The translations under genes and the position numbers were made by a program. 58,113 nucleotides of DNA from a virus: positions 1 through 58,113 of the IMG/VR virus record IMGVR_UViG_3300035529_000070; one strand, given 5' to 3'. Shown here in pieces: positions 45,236-54,251 of this stretch (its first letter is position 1; the number at the start of each line of letters is the position of its first letter). Below the pieces are notes generated by a model. The model was given only the letters and a program-made list of their open reading frames with translations. It had not been told where the DNA came from and made no database searches.

Positions 45236-45655
45236 TTATATACTATTACGTTTTTTCGGAACAAACCTTTTTTTGGGTCTTTTAACAAATTCTATAGCTT
45301 TCCCGTCAGGACCAAATGGAGGATTTTGAGGCCCTTTTCTTTTAAATTTTTTAGTAGCTGAAGATTGCACTTTAGTTTCTGGATCAGCAGAAGCAGCAGG
45401 CGCGCCCTTTGTTGTTTTCGAGTTTGTAGAAGTTTGAGTCACTTTTTGACCATTTTTACTTTTTTTCATATTTTCAATCATTTCATCTGCTCCAATTAAA
45501 TCTCTAACTTTAGGATTAGTTAACGCTACTTTTCCACCTACACCTAACGTTGCTCCTAAAGCAAACCCTTTGCTTTTGTCACCGGGAGGTGCCATCATAG
45601 AACCTACCATTCCCCCGCCTAAACCTGTCATTAAAGCTTGTGTTTTAAATCCCAT
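45236..45655 (-). CDS. glycine-zipper protein with basic tail
   Basis: GLGGGMVG and GFALGATLGVGG. Confidence 0.65.
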   Translation of the reverse strand: MGFKTQALMTGLGGGMVGSMMAPPGDKSKGFALGATLGVGGKVALTNPKVRDLIGADEMIENMKKSKNGQKVTQTSTNSKTTKGAPAASADPETKVQSSATKKFKRKGPQNPPFGPDGKAIEFVKRPKKRFVPKKRNSI

Positions 45656-45702
45656 TTATATACGTCACATATATAAACTATATGCGACTTTCACCTCCTT
45701 TA

Positions 45703-46155
45703 TTATTTGTTTGGATTGAATGCATTTGTTGCTGCATCTGATAAATTATTAGTTAACGCTGATACTCCGAATAACCCTGCAGCTCCAATACCTTTTGCTG
45801 TATTTCCTATGCCTTCCAACCCTTTTATAACTTTAGATTCTCCAGGAACGAAATTATCACTCTGAGGATTTTCTTGTGAAAAATTCCTGCTCGCAGACCT
45901 ATATTGAGCATCTGGATTTGGATTATCAACTTTATTTTTTATGTTAGTTGAATAAGCTTCTTCTCTAACATTTTTATTAGAAAACCCTGATTTGATTTTT
46001 TCTGATTGCCTTTTGAAAAAACCTGGTTTCTTTTTTTTCCCAAAATTAAAAGCTTTATCTAATAAATTTCCGTCTATATCTCCTGCACTGCCTACTGCTT
46101 TATTAATAACTTTATTTGTTATAGCAGCACTTTTTATAAATTCATCATGAATCAT
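45703..46155 (-). CDS. MIHDEFIKSA-leader protein
   Basis: Family leader; C-terminal Gly/Ala helix. Confidence 0.75.
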   Translation of the reverse strand: MIHDEFIKSAAITNKVINKAVGSAGDIDGNLLDKAFNFGKKKKPGFFKRQSEKIKSGFSNKNVREEAYSTNIKNKVDNPNPDAQYRSASRNFSQENPQSDNFVPGESKVIKGLEGIGNTAKGIGAAGLFGVSALTNNLSDAATNAFNPNK

Positions 46156-46161
46156 GTGTTA

Positions 46162-48678
46162 TCACCATCCTGTATAATAATCGTGTAATTCACTCCAGTA
46201 TTCCTGTGGCAATGGTGTTTCCATTTGTATAGCAAAGTCTAATTTTTCTCTAGAATATTTATCTCTAATTATATAATTGAACTTCCCATATTTCACTCTT
46301 AAGATACCATTCGGATTTATTTCTACTATATCGTTGTTAATCACATCAACTACATCATAAAATCCTCCAACAATATCAGAAAAATCTATTAAGAATGGAA
46401 AGATTAATTTTTCTCCAGCTTTTAAATTATAATTCTCACCTTTTACTTTAACAGTTTGATCTTGGCCACTAAAGCTCACTAAAATTGTACCATAAAGGGT
46501 TACAGTGTTGAGTAATAAAATATCATTTATCAAATTATTAAATGAAACCGTTGTAGCCCTATTGAAACTAAACCTATCAATTCGAGGATATTTCTCTTTA
46601 AAAATAGCTATAGGATCATATTGAATAGGATTGGTTTCTTTATACATAGAAGTCAAATTACTGAATTGTATAACACTTCTTTTCTTAACTCTTTTAGTAT
46701 CTTTACTAATATAATTGAAATTAGAAGCATAAATATAATTCCTTCTAATGACACCAGAAACAAAATTAGATGCATAAATTTCATTTTTTTGAGAATTATC
46801 CACATAACTATTCACAATTAAATTAGTTTCTTCTTTCAAAGAAGTGAGGTTCTTTGCATGAATTATATCTACATTTTCATTCTTAATCTTAGTCTTAAAT
46901 ACGTGATTGGTATATTTTAATAATGTTTCTTTAAATCTCAAATTTACTTCAGCTACATGCTCGCTAACAGGAATATTATAATATATTGTATTATATAACG
47001 TTGGATACAAGTAAGTAAGTGCATTAATATATAAATTATTTTTTTCTTCAGTATTAACTGGTATTCTAACTCCTAATATAACAGGTATGGTATTATCCAC
47101 AAACCCTTTTATCATATAATCAAAACTACTTTCTTGCTTTGCCTTAGAAATTATATTTAAATTATATACATCAGGAACAACTCTTTTAAATAACATTTGA
47201 CCATTTATTTCATAGCCAGAAGTTTTACCCCAAAGTTCATTGGCATTGTATACTTCCTCAACAGTTTTACTTTTTAAAGAATCAGTCTCATCATCGTACA
47301 CCATAGCTGAATATTTTACATAAACTTGTGTGACATCTTCCCATAATTCAAAATCAAAATATTTAACTCCTGAGTTAGATTGTGATTTCCATTGGCTGTT
47401 TATTTTATAACTTCCGTATTTAGTTGTAATTCTTAATTCTATATCATCAGAAGTTAATAAATTAGTATATGGGTAAAATCTTATTATAGAAGCAGTGGAC
47501 ATGAACCAATTTCTTCTAGAATAAATATTCAACAATTTTGTTTTATCATTTCTATCCATATTATGTGCAGCATACCTTATACTTTTATTAGATACATGAG
47601 ATACGTTTATGAAGGCATATGGCGATATTTTAATTACATCTGGTATAACTGCAGGCATAGTCCATAAACTTTCTATATCTTGTTCCAATGTTGTAGGATA
47701 TAATGGCTTTGTTTCTCTAATTTCTGTTGTCTTAATCATAGAAAACATATTAGTTCTTATTAATTCTCCACCTTCAGTATACAACATTTTTATGTTTAAA
47801 TTTATTGGATCTGTCTCTTCTTGATAATATACCCCACTACCTATTTTAAAGGTATCTTTGAAAAATTCAATTTCACCATTTTCATTATTTATGTACTCTA
47901 AAAATATAGATACAAAATTATAATCATCGGATACCCTAATCAATGAATAAAAATTTTCTTTTGTAGTGAATGTTTTTTCAAAATGTATAGGCAAGGTTAA
48001 TTTATGAGAAACCATACTATTTTTTAAAACCATATAAGCTTTTACTGGTTCCTTCTTTATACCATCAACATCATAATAAAATTTATGTGTTTCATTAGGA
48101 TGCATCAACTTATTCTCTAAATTACGTTCTTGAGTAAATTTCTTTTGACCTTGAACTCTATCACTTCTTACCTCAAATGACATATTATAAGAAACTGCAT
48201 CATCATTAATAGAGTTCCTTGGGGTACCATCCTTAGCAGGTATGTTGTAATCTATAAATTTAGAATCAATATTATTTTTGTTGTTAAATCCTATAACTTC
48301 AATATCAACCGATTTAGCAATTTGAGGTATATACATCAACAAATACTTTTCCCCATATTTTTTCAAGTATCTATAGTTTCTAATGAACAAACTTTTATTT
48401 CTTTTGGTTTTTATTTTTACTCTAGCTTTTTTAAAATCTATATTTTTATCCCAATCCAATCGTATAGCATTAAAACCGTTTGTAATAAACGGCCTATTCT
48501 GCATTTCATTTAATTTATATTCAGTTATAATGTCCGTATTTAATACATCATACCAAACATCGGTTTTTATACCAGCTTTATATATTTCTTCTCTGAAAAC
48601 TTTATTGAAAGATGAAGTACAGAAACCTTCTAATCGGTCTGTTTTCAAAGACATATTTAAATTTACTACTTCATCCAT
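46162..48678 (-). CDS. large beta-rich hypothetical (putative structural) protein
   Basis: 838-aa ORF, aaggtga RBS. Confidence 0.7.
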   Translation of the reverse strand: MDEVVNLNMSLKTDRLEGFCTSSFNKVFREEIYKAGIKTDVWYDVLNTDIITEYKLNEMQNRPFITNGFNAIRLDWDKNIDFKKARVKIKTKRNKSLFIRNYRYLKKYGEKYLLMYIPQIAKSVDIEVIGFNNKNNIDSKFIDYNIPAKDGTPRNSINDDAVSYNMSFEVRSDRVQGQKKFTQERNLENKLMHPNETHKFYYDVDGIKKEPVKAYMVLKNSMVSHKLTLPIHFEKTFTTKENFYSLIRVSDDYNFVSIFLEYINNENGEIEFFKDTFKIGSGVYYQEETDPINLNIKMLYTEGGELIRTNMFSMIKTTEIRETKPLYPTTLEQDIESLWTMPAVIPDVIKISPYAFINVSHVSNKSIRYAAHNMDRNDKTKLLNIYSRRNWFMSTASIIRFYPYTNLLTSDDIELRITTKYGSYKINSQWKSQSNSGVKYFDFELWEDVTQVYVKYSAMVYDDETDSLKSKTVEEVYNANELWGKTSGYEINGQMLFKRVVPDVYNLNIISKAKQESSFDYMIKGFVDNTIPVILGVRIPVNTEEKNNLYINALTYLYPTLYNTIYYNIPVSEHVAEVNLRFKETLLKYTNHVFKTKIKNENVDIIHAKNLTSLKEETNLIVNSYVDNSQKNEIYASNFVSGVIRRNYIYASNFNYISKDTKRVKKRSVIQFSNLTSMYKETNPIQYDPIAIFKEKYPRIDRFSFNRATTVSFNNLINDILLLNTVTLYGTILVSFSGQDQTVKVKGENYNLKAGEKLIFPFLIDFSDIVGGFYDVVDVINNDIVEINPNGILRVKYGKFNYIIRDKYSREKLDFAIQMETPLPQEYWSELHDYYTGW

Positions 48679-48695
48679 TTAGATCACCTTTCTTT

Positions 48696-49358
48696 CTAGT
48701 TAGAATCTCCCCAAATCTTCAAAAAAGATTTAACAAACCTGATAAAGAATAAAGAAGCAATTAACTCTATTATAGAATAAAAGATTAAATTATTTATGTT
48801 AAAATCATTTATGAAAATCAATATTCCGTAATTCAAAACATTAATGACAAAAAAAGATATAATCTTTTTCATAACAGCAATTCGATTTTCTTCTATAACA
48901 TACAACCCATATTTCCCCATGCTAAACCAAAAGATTAAATTTGCAATTTGCATCAAATTTATAAACAGAGCTATTGTAAATACTAGTAATAAATTATCAA
49001 CTAAGAAAAATAGCATAGAAGTCATTAATAATATAACTGGTTGATGTATATGTTGAGTACGTAAAGAAGAAAAAAACATTTTCATAAGACTTCTGTTCAA
49101 CATTATATGAAAAAATATAAAAGAAAATATATATATAGATATTAAATTATCCTTAAAATATAAAATTGGGAAAAATCTATTTATAGAAAATGCAAAAACT
49201 CCTATGGCAAGAATTGAAAACTCAACATGATTAACTTTAACTTTTTTATATTCTTTATTCAAATTCATATATACATATAAATATATTACGCCTACTATCA
49301 TTTGTATTATTCCGAATAAATAGTTAAACTCAATATCGCCCGCCTCAGCTAATATCAT
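48696..49358 (-). CDS. polytopic (about 7 TM) membrane protein
   Basis: Successive hydrophobic helices. Confidence 0.7.
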   Translation of the reverse strand: MILAEAGDIEFNYLFGIIQMIVGVIYLYVYMNLNKEYKKVKVNHVEFSILAIGVFAFSINRFFPILYFKDNLISIYIFSFIFFHIMLNRSLMKMFFSSLRTQHIHQPVILLMTSMLFFLVDNLLLVFTIALFINLMQIANLIFWFSMGKYGLYVIEENRIAVMKKIISFFVINVLNYGILIFINDFNINNLIFYSIIELIASLFFIRFVKSFLKIWGDSN

Positions 49359-49776
49359 GTTTATTCACCCTCTTTTCATCACCTGTATTTTGTTTGATTT
49401 GTTTATCATATTTTAATCTGTCATTTGCCATATCTTTCTTAATAGATGTTTTAAAATATAAAAATTCATCTTCCGCCTGTACTTTAGCATTCCACATATC
49501 CTCATCGTTTATATTTTTGCCTTTTTTATTCTCTAAATCTCTATATTTGCTTAACACAGAAGTGCCTATAAATTCTTCTGTATTTTTTTTCTGAGCATCT
49601 GTAATCTGTTTTCTTAAATTTTTATATTCATCAAATACCTTTTGTTCTTTTTTAAAAGTTCTAGCCCTTTCCTTTAGAACAACTATAATATATAATAAAA
49701 AGAAATATATAATAACAAAAATAGATAATACTATAAATAACTCTGATGTAGAAAGTTCAATAACCATTACACTCAC
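49345..49776 (-). CDS. single-TM coiled-coil protein
   Basis: N-terminal TM LFIVLSIFVIIYFFLLYIIVVL. Confidence 0.7.
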   Translation of the reverse strand: MSVMVIELSTSELFIVLSIFVIIYFFLLYIIVVLKERARTFKKEQKVFDEYKNLRKQITDAQKKNTEEFIGTSVLSKYRDLENKKGKNINDEDMWNAKVQAEDEFLYFKTSIKKDMANDRLKYDKQIKQNTGDEKRVNKHDIS

Positions 49777-50186
49777 ATCCCTAAATCTTCATCTTGTTCA
49801 TGTTTATCTTCTATAGCATCAAACCCTTCTTTTGCTTTTTTTAATTTATCTATCGCTTCAAATGTCCTATCTGATTCTTCTCCTTGATCGTTATATGCTT
49901 GTACAACTGCTTCTTTTTTTAAATTTTTAATAATTAAGTTAAACAATTCCGGATTGCCTAATATAATTTTCAAAGTATCATTTTGTATTCTTTGAATAAA
50001 TAAAATTTCTTTTAACATTTTTGATAGCTCAATTATACTATTACTATTATCTTCTCTTGATTGTGAATCAGATCTAATAACCTGTATCAAAACAACTAAC
50101 AGCACTATAATTATAATCGGCATTAAGCCTACTTCGCCTACAGCTTGTGCAATTGTAATTATTTGTTCAAACATATCCATATTCAT
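49773..50186 (-). CDS. single-TM protein, holin-like
   Basis: VGEVGLMPIIIIVLLVVLI followed by coiled coil (BhlA/UviB-like layout). Confidence 0.5.
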   Translation of the reverse strand: MNMDMFEQIITIAQAVGEVGLMPIIIIVLLVVLIQVIRSDSQSREDNSNSIIELSKMLKEILFIQRIQNDTLKIILGNPELFNLIIKNLKKEAVVQAYNDQGEESDRTFEAIDKLKKAKEGFDAIEDKHEQDEDLGM

Positions 50187-50671
50187 CACCTTCCTACAAA
50201 GAATGTTTCGGAAAATACGTTGTCTACAGTGATAGAATATCGACCGATTGGTAAATCTTCCAATTCTGCAGAATAAAACCATTTCCCGTCAATACTTTTT
50301 TTATAATATGGTATTGGTATTCTTTCATTTTCCCAATTAACTGCCTCTATTAAATCAATAGAATCATCTTCCGTCACACAAAAATAATGAGCTGTATTAC
50401 TTTTGGACTTAAATCCATGTAATTCAGTGCCAAAATCTTTTTTATAAACATATATGGCTATATAATCAAATACATCATAAATATCTATATAATACATATA
50501 TCCTGAATCATATGGTTCTGAGGTATATCTAAAATCCAATATATTTAAATCTTCATCTATAACTTCTAAATCATTTATCCTAGTGTATGAAAATAATTTT
50601 ATTCTAGCCCCTAAAATAAATTCTTCGGTTGTATGTTCACATATAGTACTACCTAAAATAAATGTTCCCAC
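50186..50671 (-). CDS. hypothetical (putative structural) protein
   Basis: ORF coupled to neighbours. Confidence 0.65.
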   Translation of the reverse strand: MGTFILGSTICEHTTEEFILGARIKLFSYTRINDLEVIDEDLNILDFRYTSEPYDSGYMYYIDIYDVFDYIAIYVYKKDFGTELHGFKSKSNTAHYFCVTEDDSIDLIEAVNWENERIPIPYYKKSIDGKWFYSAELEDLPIGRYSITVDNVFSETFFVGR

Positions 50672-51186
50672 GACAGCTCCACCACACTTGTTATAACTGG
50701 CTTAATTTTGCAATACACATTTTCCCTATTTAAAACAATATTAAAAGTTCTCGATGCTCCGGATATCAAATTAATTTTTTTTATTGTAGCTCCATCATCA
50801 AATTCACATTCGCCTTCTAATTCTAAAGAAAAAGTAAAATCTGCCATTTCTTGATTATCAATTTCATATGTAAAAGAAATATCACCAGTATTTTTGACAT
50901 CGGAAAATATTATTTTCAAGCTATCGCTAATTTCTCCTTGAAAAACTTTGCCTTGTATTTCCCAACGTTCACCATTGAATTTACACGATGTTGCAGACAA
51001 TGGTTTTATAGACACTATTTCTCCAGAACCGCCCATATATATAACAGCAACCGGATCCAAATTGTTCATTGGATCCGTAATTGTGGTACCATAATATTTA
51101 TTCGGTTCTACATATACAGGAGGTTTTATTACAGGAGACAAAAAAGATTCCGCTGCTTTGTCACCATTTATTTTTAACAAAATCAT
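50653..51186 (-). CDS. putative virion structural protein
   Basis: Beta-rich; operon context. Confidence 0.65.
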   Translation of the reverse strand: MILLKINGDKAAESFLSPVIKPPVYVEPNKYYGTTITDPMNNLDPVAVIYMGGSGEIVSIKPLSATSCKFNGERWEIQGKVFQGEISDSLKIIFSDVKNTGDISFTYEIDNQEMADFTFSLELEGECEFDDGATIKKINLISGASRTFNIVLNRENVYCKIKPVITSVVELSWEHLF

Positions 51187-51187
51187 T

Positions 51188-51925
51188 TTAAAGTACCGCT
51201 ACAGTATTACCAGATGCCTTTATATTATAATTTAGGAAAAACAAACTTTTATCTATAGCATTCCAAGCTTGTAAATCGTTGGATAAATCCATTGTTAAAG
51301 TGACATCTAATACAGAGCCATTTGTAGTATATTCAGGTAATAATACTCCAGAGTTTAAATCAGAACCTGCTGTTCCTTGCCCCGAAAATATCTCTGTACC
51401 ATTTGACAAAATAGAAATAGACATTGTATCCATATCAGGATATATATCTCCATCTGCATTGGCATTCCCCAACAAATCTTCAACTCTGATTATTACATTT
51501 TCATAATCGTTATCTGTAAAAGAGATCCTAAAAGTTTTAGATATCATCTGATTGTTATTATCTGGTATATCAGATTTCGTGAAAAAGTCATTAGGATCAG
51601 AACTATCAAATAAAGGGTTCCCTGTAGTTCTAATTAAAGACACTGCACCGTTAAATCCTGAAGGTATTTCTAATGTACCTGCAGTATCATCATATACAAA
51701 ACCTGTAGGCAATGAAAAAGAAGAAGTCCCCTCATCGTACACAATCTTATTGACTTTATCTTCTCCTGTTTTGGATTTATCATATATAACTAATCTATAT
51801 TCGCCTTTAGAAGTAGAATTTCTAAAATCTTCTGGCAAAGTATAAGTGCTACCTGCTATAGCCGGGTTAACCGACCAATCTTTGTTCAAGTTCACTCCAG
51901 ATGTATCTTGAAAAATTATTGCCAT
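51188..51925 (-). CDS. putative virion structural protein
   Basis: aaggag RBS; T/S/G/D-rich. Confidence 0.7.
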   Translation of the reverse strand: MAIIFQDTSGVNLNKDWSVNPAIAGSTYTLPEDFRNSTSKGEYRLVIYDKSKTGEDKVNKIVYDEGTSSFSLPTGFVYDDTAGTLEIPSGFNGAVSLIRTTGNPLFDSSDPNDFFTKSDIPDNNNQMISKTFRISFTDNDYENVIIRVEDLLGNANADGDIYPDMDTMSISILSNGTEIFSGQGTAGSDLNSGVLLPEYTTNGSVLDVTLTMDLSNDLQAWNAIDKSLFFLNYNIKASGNTVAVL

Positions 51926-51939
51926 TTTATATCACTCCC

Positions 51940-52539
51940 TTATATCAATTCTTCATATATCATGAGGATTTTAGTGTCTCCAACAGGGTTAGTCATCGTG
52001 CATTTATCGAACTTACTCTGTAAAGCTACATAATCAGTATAATATTTTTTACCAATTATAGTCGTCCCGTCAGTGTCGTATACATCTTCACCGTAGACAT
52101 TAGATACCAATAAATCTGGATCAGTTGAAACTCTATCAGCTCCAGCAAAACATGTCATATATGAAGTATCCGGAGCTGTTTTTACTGGTTTTTTAGTTCC
52201 CGTTTCATATTCTGTTGGAGTTACTAAACCCGCATAAAGCGAGTACATGTTTCTTGCTTCAGATGATGTAAAAGGTACATCAAACGAAAACTTAACCCCT
52301 AACACTTCTGTTGTATCATCATCTAAAAACCATGCCCTAAAATATCTCTGCATAGAATAAACTGTATTAGAAGGATCTATCTTGACACCCATATTGATAT
52401 CTGACCCATCTATATAATTATCTACATCCCCTAATATAAGAAGAGGTTTAGGCGATGATATATCAATATTTTCTGGATGATGGTTTATTGCAACAGCAGG
52501 ATCACCCCAACCTACTTGATATTTAACAGTTCTAGCCAT
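51940..52539 (-). CDS. putative virion structural protein
   Basis: ggagg RBS; YTDYVALQ...IYEE C-terminus. Confidence 0.7.
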   Translation of the reverse strand: MARTVKYQVGWGDPAVAINHHPENIDISSPKPLLILGDVDNYIDGSDINMGVKIDPSNTVYSMQRYFRAWFLDDDTTEVLGVKFSFDVPFTSSEARNMYSLYAGLVTPTEYETGTKKPVKTAPDTSYMTCFAGADRVSTDPDLLVSNVYGEDVYDTDGTTIIGKKYYTDYVALQSKFDKCTMTNPVGDTKILMIYEELI

Positions 52540-52655
52540 TATTGTAACACCTCCATTTGTTTGTACACTTCATAATTAGTTTATCATAACAGAGGAATTA
52601 ATAAAGTAAAACCGAGTTGCTGTTAAACAACTCGGCCATTTTATGTATATATTTA

Positions 52656-53462
52656 TTACACAATAATTTTTGATGCAAATGATTGATCCATAAGATCATC
52701 AATTTTTGATTCAGTTGAAGATAATTGATTCGCCATATCTTCGTATTGTTGTGCTGAAGATGTTCTAACATGTCCTAAAATACCTTCTCTAACAATTGTT
52801 CCGTCTGTAGAGTTAATGTCTATAATAACTTTATCTCCTTCAGCAAAATCTGCTTCAGAAACATCAAAAGTTAATTCATAAACTCCTGTGTTAGCTACTC
52901 TTGTGAAAGAGAAGCCTGAATAAATATTCTTTTTCAAGAAATATTTAGTTGTGATAGTGCTACCATTAACTTCTGCAACTTTGATATATTGAGAATATTC
53001 ATCAATTATACCTGGAACTTCTGCTTCTACATCGCCCCAAGTTGTAGTTGTATCTATTGTTAAAGTTCCGCCTGCATCAGTAATTCTCGCTTCTAATTCA
53101 GCAACTAAGTCTGTTCTAGTTCCAGAACCATCAACAACTGTTGAACTTGTAGGTCCAACTTTTACTTTATCAGATACAGATACACCAGCACCATTAGATA
53201 CATCTACATTAAAAATACCAACACTAGAAGTTAAAACATCTATATCGTTTGAAATTGTTATTGCAGGAGAATAATCACTTACATGAGGCATCATGACTTC
53301 GCTCAATGTTTGAACTGTATCAGTTAACCCTGTGATAGTTTTATTTACTGTATCGTCTTTATCTTGAACTCTAACTGATGCTTCCAAAGTTTTACCCATG
53401 AAGTTTAACCCAGCATCAACTAAAACTCTTTTAGATTCGTTTAATGCAATTATATTAGCCAT
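52656..53462 (-). CDS. putative virion structural protein, paralog of 53477-54169
   Basis: Shared NF.G, QDK and NTG.YE.TFDV.E...EGDK motifs; C-terminal coiled coil. Confidence 0.75.
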   Translation of the reverse strand: MANIIALNESKRVLVDAGLNFMGKTLEASVRVQDKDDTVNKTITGLTDTVQTLSEVMMPHVSDYSPAITISNDIDVLTSSVGIFNVDVSNGAGVSVSDKVKVGPTSSTVVDGSGTRTDLVAELEARITDAGGTLTIDTTTTWGDVEAEVPGIIDEYSQYIKVAEVNGSTITTKYFLKKNIYSGFSFTRVANTGVYELTFDVSEADFAEGDKVIIDINSTDGTIVREGILGHVRTSSAQQYEDMANQLSSTESKIDDLMDQSFASKIIV

Positions 53463-53476
53463 CTACACACACCTCC

Positions 53477-54169
53477 TTATATATGAATCTCAACGTGAGT
53501 TTGAGCGTGAACTACATCAAGTCTAGTTTGCATTCTATCTGCTCTAGATTGAAGTACAGCAGCATTGTCTGCTTCTGATTTTCTGATTTCAACACTTTTA
53601 ACTTCTCTTGTTTGACCTTGTAAGTCTTCAACAATTATAGTTAATTTGTCTCCTTCAGTCCAGTTAGTTTCATTTACATCAAATGTATATTCATAATAAC
53701 CAGTGTTTTGTGCTCTATGCACTGTATCACCAGTTGTTAATGATGCTCTAAGAGCATATTTCAATACAATTGTGTAACTACCTGAATGATCTACAATGTC
53801 TACAACTTCGTTGAATTTTCTCCAATCTCTTGAACCAACTGCTTCTGAACCAAAATAAATTACATCTCCTGGCTCTAAATCGTAAACATTATCAACTGAT
53901 ACAGCATATAAATCTGCATCTTGAGCTGTAATGTCTTTATCTGATTGTACAGCAGGAGGAGTTGAGAAATCAGATATGTTTGTATCCATATACTCAGTCA
54001 ATGTGATTTCTGGAGCTGCTGCATCATCATATGTTACTCCAGCGACAGTTTTTGACGCGCCTGTTTTATCTTGAGCTAAAATTCTACCTTTCACGTCAAG
54101 ACCAAAAAAGTTTCTGTTTGTATCCAACATGATAGGAGTTTTCTCTCTAAGAATAAAGTTTTCTGCCAT
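53477..54169 (-). CDS. putative virion structural protein, paralog of 52656-53462
   Basis: Shared motifs; gaggtgg RBS. Confidence 0.75.
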   Translation of the reverse strand: MAENFILREKTPIMLDTNRNFFGLDVKGRILAQDKTGASKTVAGVTYDDAAAPEITLTEYMDTNISDFSTPPAVQSDKDITAQDADLYAVSVDNVYDLEPGDVIYFGSEAVGSRDWRKFNEVVDIVDHSGSYTIVLKYALRASLTTGDTVHRAQNTGYYEYTFDVNETNWTEGDKLTIIVEDLQGQTREVKSVEIRKSEADNAAVLQSRADRMQTRLDVVHAQTHVEIHI

Positions 54170-54251
54170 GTTCTTCCACCTCTCTTTTATAAAGTATTAG
54201 TTTTTTCAATACACACAAAAATATTATAACATTGCATGTTAACATCTACGG

